From assembly GCA_965113315.1 (NCBI GenBank), contig OZ220367.1: DNA of 64,000 bases. One strand, given 5' to 3'. This stretch comes from Podarcis vaucheri. Taxonomy: Eukaryota. Numbering within the stretch: position 1 is the first letter of the stretch; each line of letters starts with the position of its first letter. The notes under the pieces were generated by a model that worked only from the letters and a program-made list of their open reading frames with translations, made no database searches and was not told the origin of the DNA. Position numbers and translations under genes: made by a program. Positions 34,851-48,900 of this stretch are shown piece after piece.

Positions 34851-36159
34851 GACCTGCAACCCTTCCAAAGACCGGAGACCCACTCAGAAGACTGAACAGG
34901 AGGATAGCTCAGTCAGCCTAGCTAGGAACCCCTACTGCATACACACTCCAATCTCCACTAAGCGGCTGCAGGAGATTCCAGGAGCTCCAGGCACTTACCC
35001 AGAGTTGTGTTTCCGGTGGGAGGATCCAAAGCAGTGGAAACTAGTGCCTTTATTCATTGACACCTGGAAGTCTTCACTGGAGGTGGTGCAGAACATTATG
35101 CCCCCAGAGTGTCTCTCATCGCCCATAATTGCTTCAGCATGGGACCAAAGCAGCAGTTGGTCATGGCTCCAGGTGCCTCAGTGCATCCTCCTTCAGCCAA
35201 AGCCAAGATGGCTCTCCCTTTATTCCCCTTCATCTTCCAGAACACCTTTCTCCAAAAACCAGAGCCTCTTGTAAGTTGACACTCCCCCCCCCCCAGCAAA
35301 GCCTGCTCCCTCCCATTTTCCTACTAATGGAAGCTGACATTCTACACCTTTCTCCAGACCCAAGGACCCATCTTTAATGTGATAATGACCAGCAATCAGC
35401 TTATCCCCAGCTGGCAATGGGCTTGTGATCCTAAACTTTAATGCAACAGAGCTTGACATAGTTTTAACCACCTTGCTTAACTTGTGAGTTGATGAGCTTG
35501 CCCATATTCTAACCCTTTAATGAATCTAGAAATTATAGGGAGTCTGTCGCTCACCCAAACTTGTAACAATACATCTAAAGCGCACGATTCCTCTCTCAAA
35601 AAATTGTAATAATAACTGCACTCCTCACGGGCCACAGCTCCTAGCACCCTTAAACTACATTTCCCAGGACTCTTTGGGAGGCATCATGTAATTTCAATGT
35701 ATGGTGTGTACCCAAGCCCCCTCAAAGCAGGTGGTGGCAGCAACAGAGATGTATTATTATGTTTTATTTTTTATTTCATTTTTATACCGCTTTATATTTT
35801 TAAGAAAAATCTCAAAGTGGTTTGCTGCATATTAAAACATCAATAAAACAATCTGAAGAAAGTCAAATACAGCGTATATAGTCAAAGCAACATAACTAAC
35901 AGAAAACTAAAATATTATCTTAAGGATTTCAAAATAAAACATTACAAAGGAGGTCAACTACAGAACACTGTACATATTTAACACAAAGTTAACAAAAAAA
36001 ACACAATTTTTAAACGTTTCCAAAAAAAATTGCTAAGTGAAGTCAAATATATATTAGCTTGAATCTGCGGCACAGAATAGCCACCGGGTGAGCTTCCCAC
36101 CTGAGCAGGGATTCAAACCCAGCTCAGCTCCAACATTCCCCAACCACGCAGCTTCCCTA

Positions 36160-36900
36160 TCAAGGCACGTGCTGGGAGAGAGAAGCCGGAGGGAATTCCC
36201 TTCCTAGGGTTTTACTTTCCCCTCGCCTTCCCTCGGGGCCGGCCTGCTTGGGTGGAATCTATGGGGCAATCGGATAATTTTAGACTGCGGACTGAAGTGC
36301 CGCCCGCCCGCTCGCCTGTCCTCCCTTCCTTCCTTAGACGGCAAAGGAGCGTCGCTTCACTTCCTTGGAAATGTGGTTGCGCGTGGGACCTGTGTGCCCG
36401 GACAACACCCAATGAAACGGACCCGTCCTCTGCCCCGCGGGGTTGGCGTGTCGGGTGCGCCTAGAAGGCGGGCGAGTGCAAAGTGACTACAGGCCATGAA
36501 TCAACAGCCTTCTTAATTTCCAAAGGGCTGCCGGGGACGCGGAAACTCCGCTCTGGGACCTTCGCCCGGGCGGGGGCGCTGCTAGGTTCCTGCGCCGCCC
36601 AGGCGGGACCTTTCGCTTTCACTTTCGCGGCTCCACGTAGCAGAGCGCCGGCGGAGAGGGACGCCCCGCTTGCCCCTTCCTCCCCAAGCGTGCCCAGGCA
36701 AGTTTCCCCCGGGGTGGGCTGGAGGGGACGCTCGGCCCGCCTCGCTCGCCTGCCTCTTTGCGCGCGGCTGCGCCCTTTCCGACGCTTCCCGCTTCGCTTT
36801 GGCCCTGCCTGCCCCGTCGAGCCTCCAATTCCTGGCGTCTTGCGCTGGGCTCCGTCCCGTTTCCTTTTCCTTTGAAGTTCTGCGCCTCGCCCATTTCAAC
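36160..36900 (+). promoter_or_regulatory. CpG island, CASP7 promoter and probable non-coding exon 1
   Basis: Very GC/CpG-rich, not an obvious repeat, upstream of the CASP7 coding exons. E-box CACGTG 36166, kB site GGGAATTCCC 36191-36200, GC box 36568-36576, ISRE 36610-36627, candidate donor CAG|GCAAGT after 36697. Confidence 0.8.
36610..36627 (-). promoter_or_regulatory. IRF-E/ISRE element
   Basis: CTTTCGCTTTCACTTTCG = GAAA-NN-GAAA-NN-GAAA on the minus strand. Confidence 0.7.
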
Positions 36901-38447
36901 CCTTTGCAGCATTTATTGATAACCTATTAGTTTCCAATATCTGCCCCCCGCTTCCTGTACTCGCGACTGTCTCCTTTTCCGGAGGTGAAAGCAGCACCCC
37001 TAAATCATGGCTACGCCCATGGCATTCCTGCCTGTAAAAACAACAACAACAGCCCTGACCTGATGGATTTCTGCTTGCTGGGGAAGCTGCCAATTGTTAC
37101 AGAGGCCGGTTGACCTGTCACTGTATTTCTAGGCTGGGGGGAGCTGACCTTATGGAAAGAAGCCTAGGAAGCTGTTGTCAATTGAGTCGGGATTACCAGC
37201 ACTGACTCCCCAGGATTTCAGACTGGTTTCTCCCAGTCCTACCTAGAGATGCTGGGGGTTGAATTTGGGACTTTCTGCCCGTGGATCAGGTGCTCTGTCA
37301 CAGAGCCTTAAAAGATTGTGGAGGCTGTCAGTGTCAGAGGCTGTTTAAGAAAGAGGGAATTTTTGTGTTTTTCCTATATGTGCTTTTTCTTTTTATTATT
37401 AGTTTTAATGTATGTATTTTGTATTTTTGTGCTTAATGTTTGTATTGTTGTATTTTGTAGTATGTATTTTGTGTCTTTATATTCTTTTTGTCTTTGTCTT
37501 TGTCTTTGTATTTTTTCTTTTATACTTTGCATTGTTAAAATTTAATAAAAACTTTTTTTAAAAAGTCAGTGTCTGAGGATTAGCTGTAGTGCCACCAAAC
37601 TCTCCTTTCTACCCTTTTCAATTCTAATATTTTTGCAGCTCCTTCAGTATCCTGTATGCAAGGTCACACTCTTTAATTCTACTGCTGTACTCGTATCACT
37701 TGTCACTTACGTAAATTTAAAATAAATTAAAGAACGTTAAGCAGATTCGTGGGTGATCCTGACCTATGTTGTTTCCTCAGGATTGCATAATGCAGACTTG
37801 TTACCACAAGATTGCGTGATGCAGATTATTTTCACTATTCTGTGAAATGTAGCCGGATACCGGGGTTTCTCCCTGCCCAGTTTGCATCCTACAATTTGGC
37901 TAGTATAGATAATGACCACCTTATGGAGCCTAGAGAGTGATTCCATTTTGTTCAGAGGGACCTACAGTATAAAATTTCTGTACAGTCTACCCTCTTATCA
38001 GGAATAAAGAAGTTGCCTTTCTTTATTCCTGAAACGAGTTACATTACATCAGAAAGGAGTTTCAGATGTAACCCAGGGGCCCCAAAGCAAGTGTGAATAG
38101 GAGTGCAGCCTTAAAGGTTCTGAGCACAGTCTGTCTCTCTTGTACACAGATCTATGCATGTGGGATTTCCTTGCCAACAGCACACCTCTGTGTGTAGATG
38201 AGTATACAAGGAAGGGAGGTGGTAGGTATCGTACTCAAGATGTCTATGGATATTTAGTTTTGAAAAGCATCTCTCGTAATTTGAACATCAAAAGCTAAAA
38301 TTCTAAAAACTTCCTGAATTTTGAAAGAATTTTTAAATTGGATCTGAGAACACAGTTTTTCTGTAATTCTGAAATGGGCAAAAAAATTGCATTTTTAAAA
38401 GTTACAAGTATTTTAATAGTATTCTTGTCATTTGTTTCTCTAAATAG

Positions 38448-38554
38448 TCGGCAGATCCTTTGCCAACAAAGATGCAGAGCAATGATGAAAGAGACCATGG
38501 TGATGTTCCAGATGCAAAGCCAGATAGAAGACAGCGATCTTCACTCTTTTCAAA
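38448..38554 (+). CDS. CASP7: CASP7 first coding exon ((SADPLPTK)[28 protein letters not shown])
   Basis: Acceptor ctctaaatag at 38447, donor AA|gtaagg, phase 2; first in-frame ATG at 38472 with A at -3. Confidence 0.88.
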
Positions 38555-39931
38555 GTAAGGCACATGTTTGTTAGCTTGTCCAAAAGAAATTTATCTTGAC
38601 TTTATTCTGGATCCACTGATAGAATTCTAATGGGAAAATAGCACTGGTTGTGCAACAAGTTTCTGCCAGTGCAGCTGTTGTGTTTGGTTCCTCTGCTGTG
38701 CAGCCTTCAAACTCAGCCATCCAATAGGAAGGAAGCATTACATACAGACCTATAAATGCACTACATACTAGAAATGAACCTTACACCTCTTCCACATGGG
38801 GGGAATCTAATAATTTAAACTTTTCCTTTTCCTTTTAAAATGAATTCTGAATATTAAATTCCAAGAATAGCTGTTATATTTTATATTTATAAGCATTGTC
38901 AGTCCCAAGTGGATGTTTACTTCAGTTAAATTATTCACAGTATTCATTCACAAGTTAATATAAGCTTGTTTGTTAAGGGTGGAGAAACAACACAAGCAGA
39001 TTGGGTGGGGCGCACTACCTGACTTCCACTGGTCATGATTGCTAAGATTTGGCCAACAGGACATGATTGGCTTCTATTTTTAAAAGAGCAAATATTGGGA
39101 ACCTGTAGTGCAGCCTATTTTAATTGCAAGTGTATATATTTAATTTCTGCTAGCAAGTGGCAGCAAGTTTGTATATTTTGTGTGTGTCTGCCTTTAGGGA
39201 TTCTCAAAATCATGGTAATAATTTTTTTTACCTATAAGAGGTCAAATTAAATGCTAGTATGTGGATTACTCAACTTTAGTAGATAGGAAAGTATAATGAT
39301 TGTTAACAAGGAATAACGTTTTAGGTTTCAAAAGAAGGTGAACCTAGTACAGTAGTGTGTTCTCATTCACTTTCTGTTGACTTCTGTTCATGCTGCATCT
39401 GTAAGAGGCAGGTGAGTGAGTACCTGGTTTAAAACATGGTTAGAGAGCTAGAGAGACAGATTATGATGCATTTCCCTGGCTCTGTCTCCTCCCATGTGGG
39501 AACATTTCAAGAAAGGAACCAGTGCAATAAAGGTGACTGCCACACGTTTGTATCCAGTCCAAACTGTGAGGCTGGGCCTTGCCTTAAACACTTAATACGC
39601 CAGTGACTTCCAAACTCCTCCCCACCCCTCATGGACTGCTTGTACATTGCTCAGGGTCTTAGCAGACCATCTAATTTTCTGCCTATTTTAGTAATTGTAA
39701 TGCACTAGTCTAGATACTGTTTATGTTCAATTGTATTTTCATTTCTGCCTTCATTTCTTACAGATTGTATTTTATTGTGGTACAATTTGAATTCCATCAA
39801 ATTCAAATTGTAATCAAATGAAAAACAATACGAGAAATAATAGAAGCAATAAATATACAATTAAAATCTTACGAATACTTGAGCAAAGCTTCCAGATCAC
39901 AATTTGGGAATCCTCATCATAGTTTGCTCCC

Positions 39932-39987
<56 letters not shown>

Positions 39988-42900
39988 TTTATTTGGACAC
40001 CAGAGCTCACATTTCTTTTTATAGTGCAGGAGTGGGGAGCGTGTGGCCCTCCAAATATTGCTGAACTACAGTTCACATCTGGACCAGGCTAGGCCTGATG
40101 GGTGGTTGTATCCAACATCTAGAGAGCCAGTGTGGTGTAGTGGTTCAGAGCGGTAGTCTCGTAATCTGGGGAACCGGGTTCGCATCTCTGCTCCTCCGCA
40201 TGCAGCTGCTGGGTGACCTTGGGCCAGTCATACTTCTCTGAAGTCTCTCAGCTCCACTCACCTCACAGAGTGTTTGTTGTGGGGGAGGAAGGGAAAGGAG
40301 AATGTTAGCCGCTTTGAGACTCCTGAAGGGGAGTGAAAGGCTGGATATCAAATCCAAACTCTTCTTCTTCATCATCTAGAGGGTCTCGGGCTCTCTGTCT
40401 TTGGTTTAGTTTTAAGGCAAAATTGCTGTATTTTGAGATACCGTATTTTTCGCTCTATAACACGCACCCAACCATAACACGCACATAGTTTTTAGAGGAG
40501 GAAAACAAGGAAAAAAATATTCTAAACGAAACAGTGGATGTATGATTTTTGTGGTTCATGCTGTAGCCACAGACATGTGATCTGACGGTGCGTTTGGGGT
40601 AGCCCAATGCAAAAATCCTGAGGATCCATGTGGATCCATGCTTTGTAACCACGTTTTTGCACCACTGCGGCCCCAGGCAACAGTGGGTGCGTGATTTTTT
40701 TGGTGCAAGCTGTAGCCATGGAAATGCTATGTGATCTGATGGTGAATTTGGGGTGACCTAGTGCAAAAATCCTGAGGATCCATGTGGATCCGTGCTTTGT
40801 AACCACGTTTTAAGTGGGTAGGGAAGGAAAAGCACTCAAGGGACAAGGAACACGCATGGGTGGGTGGAGAAGGATGCTGTTAATAATGCAGAAGAGGGGT
40901 ATAAGGGGAGAAGGTTCCTCTCCTCTCCCGCTTTGCTCCTTTAAAGGCTCTGCTTCTCTCCTTCCTCCCCAGCTTGCTGAAAAACTTTGCTGCTATTTAG
41001 CCAGCTGAGTGGGGAAGAGAGAGGGACAGAGACCCTGCTTGCTTTAAAGGACCCAACTGGACAGGAGCCGCTTACACTCTTCTCCCGCTTTGCTGTTTCA
41101 AAGCAAGCCACGGAGGAGGGAAGGAAGGGGAACCATGGATCCTCTGCTCACGACTGCAGCAGATCCCCCCGCCATCCGTAGGCATTCGCTCCATAACACG
41201 CACAGACATTTCCCCTTACTTTCTAGGAGGAAAAAAGTGAGTGTTATGGTGCACAAAATACGGTAAGTCGTCTACTGATTGGATTGGATTTTTAAACAAA
41301 CCTGTATATCTTCTTCCCACTAGATGGCAGATGAATATAACTTTTTGCTTGTTAGATGTCAGAAGATCTTTGAGATCTGTTTTTACTTGTCGCAGCTTAA
41401 AAGTTAATGCTTATTGTATTACATTACTGTAAATGTCACTGAAAGTACAATGAGAAAACAGAAGGTGAGGAAGATTTGGCAGCAGGGGGGAATCTTTTGA
41501 CATTAATTTCCTTCTGTTGGATTCCATTATCTTTCTTTCATTTAGATTAAATCAAACTAATGGCTCTGCTACACAGTTCTGTGGGCCAATCAACATCGTG
41601 CTCTCAGCATAATTCAATGAGGGTTGATAAAATGTGCAGTTAGGCACATTTAGCATGTCACAAGCAATCCACTTCTAGAGCATTTGTTACCTGATGGTGT
41701 GTATGGGGCCAAATTATTGGTACACAGTGAAACCATCTGCGACCACATTGCCACAAGATTAATTGCAGCGGGAGTGAGGCAACTCATATTTCATCACAAG
41801 GATAGGTGAATCTACAAGTATAAAGGTAAAGGTAAAGGTACCCCTGCCCGAACGGGCCAGTCTTGACAGACTCTGGGGTTTGTGCGCCCATCTCACATCT
41901 ATTGGCCGGGGGCCAGCGCTGTCCGAAGACACTTCCAGGTCACGTGGCCAGCGTGACAACGCTGCTCTGGCGAGCCAGAGCCGCACACGGAACGCCGTTT
42001 ACCTTCCCGCTGGTAAGCGGTACCTATTTATCTACTTGCACCCGGGGGTGCTTTCGAACTGCTAGGTTGGCAGGCGCTGGGACCGAGCAGCGGGAGCGCA
42101 CCCCGCCGCGGGGATTCGAACCGCCGACCTTTCGATCGGCAAGCCCTAGGCGCTGAGGCTTTAGCCCACAGCGCCACCCGCGTCCCCTACAAGTATACAC
42201 ACTCCAAATAAGAAATTGTCTTTTAGGTTACATCCAGCATTGCGATTTGTGTTGGTGATTCGTTGACATTCCAAGAACAGCATTTCTAAGCAGATTTCAA
42301 CTAACTTAAAGGCATCAGGACTGTGACTTCAATGTTAGTTGGATCCACAGCATGTACACCCAATTAGGGATCTTACATATGCACTTTTTTTCTACCATGC
42401 CTACACCATGCACATGGCATGTGTGACAAGTTGTCTTTTCCACTGTTTTTCATCTGGGGCGTGGAGTAAAAAAGAGTCAGAATTCTTACAAACTCGGTAT
42501 GTAAGTGCACCTGCACGTTTATTTTATTGTTTGCATTTATATCCCACCTTTCCTTTAAGGAGCTCACATGGCTCTTGCCTTCCCCATTTTTATCCTCACA
42601 ACCACCCTGTGAGGTAGTTTAGACAGAGCTAATGACTGGCCCAATTCATCCAGTGAGTTGCATGGCTGAGAAGATTCTCCTAGGTAAGAATTCACCTCTA
42701 CATCACCTTGTTTGCTACCCAGGTGAGGAACAACCACATTTTGAATGAACCACAGAACCCAGGAAACTGTTTCCAAGTCCAGCATCCAGATTTAAGGACC
42801 CAGCTTTATTATAGCTTTGCAATAGGGCAGAGCTCACTCAACTCAGTGTGCCAGTTGAGAAGGTCTGCCCAGAGGCACTTCAGAACCAAAGCTCATACAG

Positions 42901-45900
42901 TAGTTCAAACACAGCAAACAAAGAGTCATAAAACATATTCATCAGGGAAAAGGTTACAGGTCGTGAGAAGTAAAGCACAAATGTCTCTGTACATGTATCT
43001 TCAGCCCCACATCACCTTGGAGTGGCCCCGGTGTTCCCAGGCCATTTGACCATTTTAGGTCTCGGATGTCCAGCATTACCCTGGCAACCTAGTCTTCAAT
43101 GAAGAAAGAGCATCATATCCTCTTCTGGAGTCTCTGATAGCTTCAAGGATTGCCGATTTATACTGGTGCTAAAACATCCTGCCATTTGTACAACTTTCAC
43201 ACAGAAAGCAAGCCTAATACCTTCTAAAAGGTTAAATTAAAATAATAAAAATAAAATATACACCTGGAGTCTCTAATTCATAAACCAGCACTAACCATTT
43301 TACCACACTGGTTCTCACTAACTGGGCAAATGAGCATGCATATAACATCCATGTTCAACTTTATGAAATGCTTCTGATGTGGGTGCGCATGGCATGCACA
43401 AGAATCCTAGTTTGGTGAATGCCTGAATGCATTTCTTTTAAGCAATTTAGATAGAACACATTAATATTCGGCATATTCTGATCCACACTAATAGTTTGGG
43501 GGTTGCTCTTGAATTGTTACCCAAAACTGTCGTCATCCAAGTTCTACTTTTTCGGGTCATTTCTCTTTTTAAAAGCTTGATCCGCTGCGTGACTTCCGTA
43601 TTTTGCTGAAGAAAAGGAGCCTGGAAGACCTTGTTCCAGAGGCCTTGCATTCTTCTTTAATGGTGCTTGCACATAGCTTAATAACTACTTACGTTGACAA
43701 CTTCTGAGATGTAACGGAAAGGGGAGGGTTTCGTGCCAGCCTATTTCTGTTACCTGTCTTGTCTTCCACCACCCCCTCTCTTGGTTGTTAATTTCCACCA
43801 ACTTTTGATGGCTGACAGGTTCCTGTCATCTCTTAGAGAAGCAAAACATGCATAGCAAAACTTATTGGGGGGAAATTAATTAAGTTTGCACTCATTTGTC
43901 CTCTCCTGATCTAGGCATGTTCTGCACTCTGTGCTGCTGAGTCCTTTAAAAGCTGACTTCTGTGAAATTAACCTTCATTTCCAAAGAGAAGAACATTGCT
44001 TTTTTGCACAGGGGAACAACTCACAGCCTCTATGTAGTCAGGCACAGGTTACTGATCCCCTTGTCGCTGAATTCATGCTGTACTCCCTGCGATCTATCAA
44101 GGACGTGGGGAGGTACACTGTGAGATTACTGTACCTCCTCAATGCCCAGCTGAACTATGCTAAGAAGCTCAGACTATCACTTAGACACCATAAGCTTTTA
44201 GGAATCGCTAATGTAAACATTTGACTGGCTTTTCTACCTATTTGAGTGAGTCGTGGCTGTTTTATTTTGTTCCTTTAATTTTCTGTATCGGTTTGCATTC
44301 ATTATTGTCTGTTATAATTACCCAGTTGTACTTTTTGTTTTTAACTGTTCTGTTAGCTGCTGTGAACACACATACATTTGTACTGAGGTTGCAGGATATA
44401 TCTATATAAATAAATTCAATCCTTATTTTAGCCATGATTATATACGTTTATGGCCCCCGCTCCAGAGGCCGATTGGCGAGTAGTCCAGTCTTTATCAACC
44501 AGGTGCTCTCCAGATTTTTGGGACTACAATTCCCATCAGCCCCAGCCAGCAGAGCAGTGGGAATTGCAATCCAGAACACCTGAATTGACACCATATTGAC
44601 AAAGGCAGGAGTGGACCATCCAGACTTACCATTAAAGTGTCTTTATTTATTAAATTTTCGTTCCAAGGATTACAGGATGGTTTACAATATAAAAACACAA
44701 AAATACATACCATCGTAACAAACAAAAACAATAATTTCATGCACACATAGATGGTTTAATTAGCCAAAGGCCTGTCAGAAGAGAGATGTTTTTGCCTGGT
44801 GACTAAATATATTATTACGCCAGCAGTATGAGATCCCAGGGGCTCAGGTGCTTAACCAGGGTTCATGCCTCCTATTGGAAATAAAGCACAGTGGAGACTG
44901 TGGTATCTTTATGGTATATGGTTATTTACACATATCTACAACCTGAGCCTACGATGGAGAGGTTCCCAGCATTACACTCCAAGAGGGTCTCTCACTCCTC
45001 CCACAGGATCCAAAACAGAAATCAACCATGTTCTCTTTCTCCTGTCCCAGTTTTTTTTCTTTAGCGTATCACTGCCAACTGCAATCCTAAAAAACTAACA
45101 CTGGCTTTTTTGTCTTACTTACTAAAACCAGGGCCCAAGGTGAGGCTTAACCTGTTAGGCCAGGCATGGCCAAACTTGGCCCTCCAGCAGTTTTGGGACT
45201 ACAATTCCCATCATCCCTGACCACTGGTCCTGTTAGCTAGGGATGATGGGAGTTGTAGTCCCAAAACAGCTGGAGGGCCGAGTTTGGCCATGACTGTGTT
45301 AGGCTGTCTGGCACTGAATCTCCCAGTGGGCCATCTGACTCAGCCATTATCACATGACTACCTCATGAGGAAACTGTCCTGTGTTATTTCCAACCTTTGC
45401 CAGATCCAACAATTTAGGGGTTGGATTAAATTCTAACCCTTTATTGAATTCAGAACAATGTGTAAGGAGGCAGCTGGCCCATTATTGTGTTGCTGCCCTC
45501 CAGACACATGAAGAAGAGCCTCAGATTGCAGGCTCTGGGTTTTCTTTCAAATGTGTGTTCAGATACATGTAATTGTCCAGCTTGGAATTTCATTTTTTTA
45601 GGGAAAGGGAAATATGGCCAGTTGGCATCAGATTGATGTTGGATAATTATATCATAGAGTTTGACAGTTTGTTCTCAAAGGGTACAGAAAGTAAAGTGCA
45701 AACCTGTTTAATCTGTCTTGTTGAAAATTAAGCAACAAATTTATTTGTGAGGATGTCAGGGGTGCAATATCAGAAGGAAAACATTGTGCATATAACACTT
45801 TTGGTCTAAATTAATTAGGCAGGATCCCAACATCAGTTATGTAGAATTCCATATACTAGTAAATCTAGGGTATTAAATAGACTGAAATGCTTGTTTTTCT

Positions 45901-48900
45901 ACAAAGAAGTTGAAGAATTTTCAGGAACACTACTTTGATACAGTGTGAGGTTGTATATCAGAGTTAGGTGATGGTTTCAAAGGACAGCAACCTTCTGCTT
46001 TCTGTACACAGAGCCACATGTGTCTATCTCTTAAGCATTTTTTTAAAAAAATAATCTGTGCATTATTCTTACAGCAGAGCAGTGATAGAATCACAGTGGT
46101 GCAAGCACATGCTTTCTGCCTGTCAGCAGGAGCGGAAGAGACCTGCATGACCTCGGCTTGCATGTTAGGCCATAGTTATGGAGGTTTCAATAGCCCTATA
46201 GAAAAGTCCAGCGTGACCCATTGCTGACACAGACAAATCTTTGGGTCTGTGAACACACCCGTAGGCTGCTTCAGTCACTAATGTAGTGTAAGCATGGTGG
46301 GATGCTGGCATTAATAGAGAACACTAAACCTATTCATCATCGCAAGGTGGACGTATTTTTCAGATGCAGAGTGGTGTACCACTTGATGAAGAGCCAAGGT
46401 ACTGTACATTCTTTGTGTCACCCTTTCACTTTCTGTAGGAGGGGGAGAACAAACTTTAGATAATTTAGCATCCTGAACTCAGAAAATGAGCATTTTTATG
46501 TTCCTGATTGGCAATCCACGGACTGGGTGCACATTTGTTTGGTGAATTAAAACAGGTCAGTAAGGCATAGAAATGGAGACGTATTTGCTCCATTGAAAGC
46601 AGCAGTAGTCTATTGGTACCTTCTCACATTATGGGATGGTAGCCAGTGTGGCACAGCTCCTCCTTGTGCTCAGGTAACGTGAGAAGCTCCATGCCAGGTG
46701 GGGGGAATCCACTCTGCAACTCCTCCCCACATCAGTGTTGGCCCAACTTCCAGGACAAGTGAGGCCATGTTACCCTTAGTGGCTGTGTGCAGAGATAGCA
46801 TGATGGCATGAGACAAGCAAGAGACTAAAAAGCTGTGCCAGGTAATAGCAGTCTTCAGTTCTGAAGTGTGTTTGTGCGTGCAAAAGATGTTATATAAATT
46901 ACCAGTGATCAGAGGATGGCAGGAATACATTCAGCTGGAAAGTTGGGTTAGATCATCCCAATTATTATTTGTGATCTTAAATTAGGTACAGGGGTCGAAA
47001 CATTTGGTCCTGCCTCATTTACAAAGATAACCAAGCCATGTGGTGAGGGTGGTGCTAGATTCTGTTGTTTCTCCCACACCCATACTGGCCAGAGCCTGCA
47101 ACAAAGTTGTGCCATTTGTAGAACAGAACTTCACTGCCTCCTCTCCTTTTCCCCCTTTCTTGCTCCTGCAATTGCCAGATTTGTTAGGTAACAAGATTTG
47201 GCCTAAGGAGTTAGGGCAGCTTTTCAAATAGTTTCTAAAAATTAGACACATTTCAGTTTACATGTTAAAACTCTACTCAAGGGACTTGATTAATAGTATC
47301 TGGTACAGTGGTACCTCGGGTTAAGTACTTAATTCGTTCCGGAGGTCCGTTCTTAACCTGAAACTGTTCTTAACCTGAAGCACCACTTTAGCTAATGGGG
47401 CCTCCTGCTGCCGCTGCGCCGCCGGAGCACAATTTCTGTTCTCATCCTGAAGCAAAGTTCTTAACCTGAAGCACTATTTCTGGGTTAGCAGAGTCTGTAA
47501 CCTGAAGCGTATGTAACCTGAAGCGTATGTAACCCGAGGTACCACTGTACTGGAATAAAAGAATACAGAGCATGCATAGAATAAGATGTCCTATTTTGTC
47601 TGAAGGGACTATGATGCTGTTATCTAAACTTGATTATTTGCGAAAGAAAGAGCATTGTGAGATATAATTAACTTTTATGTAGTCAGTGGTCCCAGTGAAT
47701 TCACTTTCCATGGCCCTGTGTTTCAGACCTACATGGGGGTTCTAGCTAATGTGTATAAATAACTTTGCATCTTAATTATAATGTTCTGTTTATTGTTTTA
47801 TTGTACTTTACCTGAAATTGTCAGTGCAATCTTATATATGCCTACTCAGAACAAAGCCTCACTCGAATTCACTGGGGCTTATTCCCAGGAAAGTTTTTCT
47901 TTCTGCAGCAACTGAATCTGCAGCCATCTGATGATCACCCCCCTCCCCCCTCCCCATGCAACAACTGCATTCCAGCCTTTTTCAGAGTTCTCACACCGAA
48001 AACTATGTAGCAGCCATTAGGGTCTTTTATAGCTCAATATTTTTTCTACGTCATCTTTTTTTCATCAGTGGTATTTCTTTAACAACTATTAATCTGCTTG
48101 CATTTCAGTTTTGTTTACATACAGAAAAACACACAGCGTATTAGGTTACTTGTTAGATGCATCCAGGAAATAAATATTATGTAAAGATTGAAACACAAAA
48201 ACATGAATGAGGGAGCAGCAGTTAAAAGTGCACCATTTTTCATAGCACAATGACCTACCACAATTGATTAATGAAAATGGCAGTTCTGGAACATTTACCA
48301 AGTTGTTTGCCACTTCACAATCAGTCAGTATTGTTCAGCTGCTGGTGTAAGCTGAAGGCTGGGGGGTTTTTTGGGTTCACATCAAAGGAGCCTATTTAAA
48401 CATCTCACTGCTTGCCAAACCATTTCTTGCTCTATAGAAAGCTAAATCGCTTCAGCAGTAAGATACTGGAATGTATGTGTGCTAGACTTTTGGTGTGTGG
48501 TTTTTGGAGGGGGTGTGTTTTTACTGTGCAGGAGAGCTTTGAAAAGCACAGGAGGTCTCCCATAAGGTCTAACATGGTAGGACGACCTCCAGCTCATACC
48601 CTGTGGGTGGGTCCTAAAAACTATTGGTTGTTACCGTCACTCATAAGACAGACCACTTCACGGGAATGGTTAGGTGCCCCTCCTAACTAGTCAAATTCTC
48701 TGGGTAATCCTATGCATATTTATTTGGAAGCAAGCCCCACTGTTGCAATGTGACTCACAAATAAGTGTACATAGGATTACAGCCTGAGTTGCTTGCTGGT
48801 GGGTGCAGGTGTGGCCGTAGATATACTATTTCAATCTTTGTGTTTACACTAACTTCTTAACAGAAATCTGACTATTTGCATCAAAGCTTCCAGTAATTGA

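Noticed and set aside
36212-36930. Several overlapping Arg/Pro/Ala-rich ORFs
   Set aside because: Typical stop-poor frames of a CpG island.
42700-45400. Two solo-LTR-like segments (~42720-43200 and ~44830-45395)
   Set aside because: Could not establish TG..CA ends with a matching TSD.
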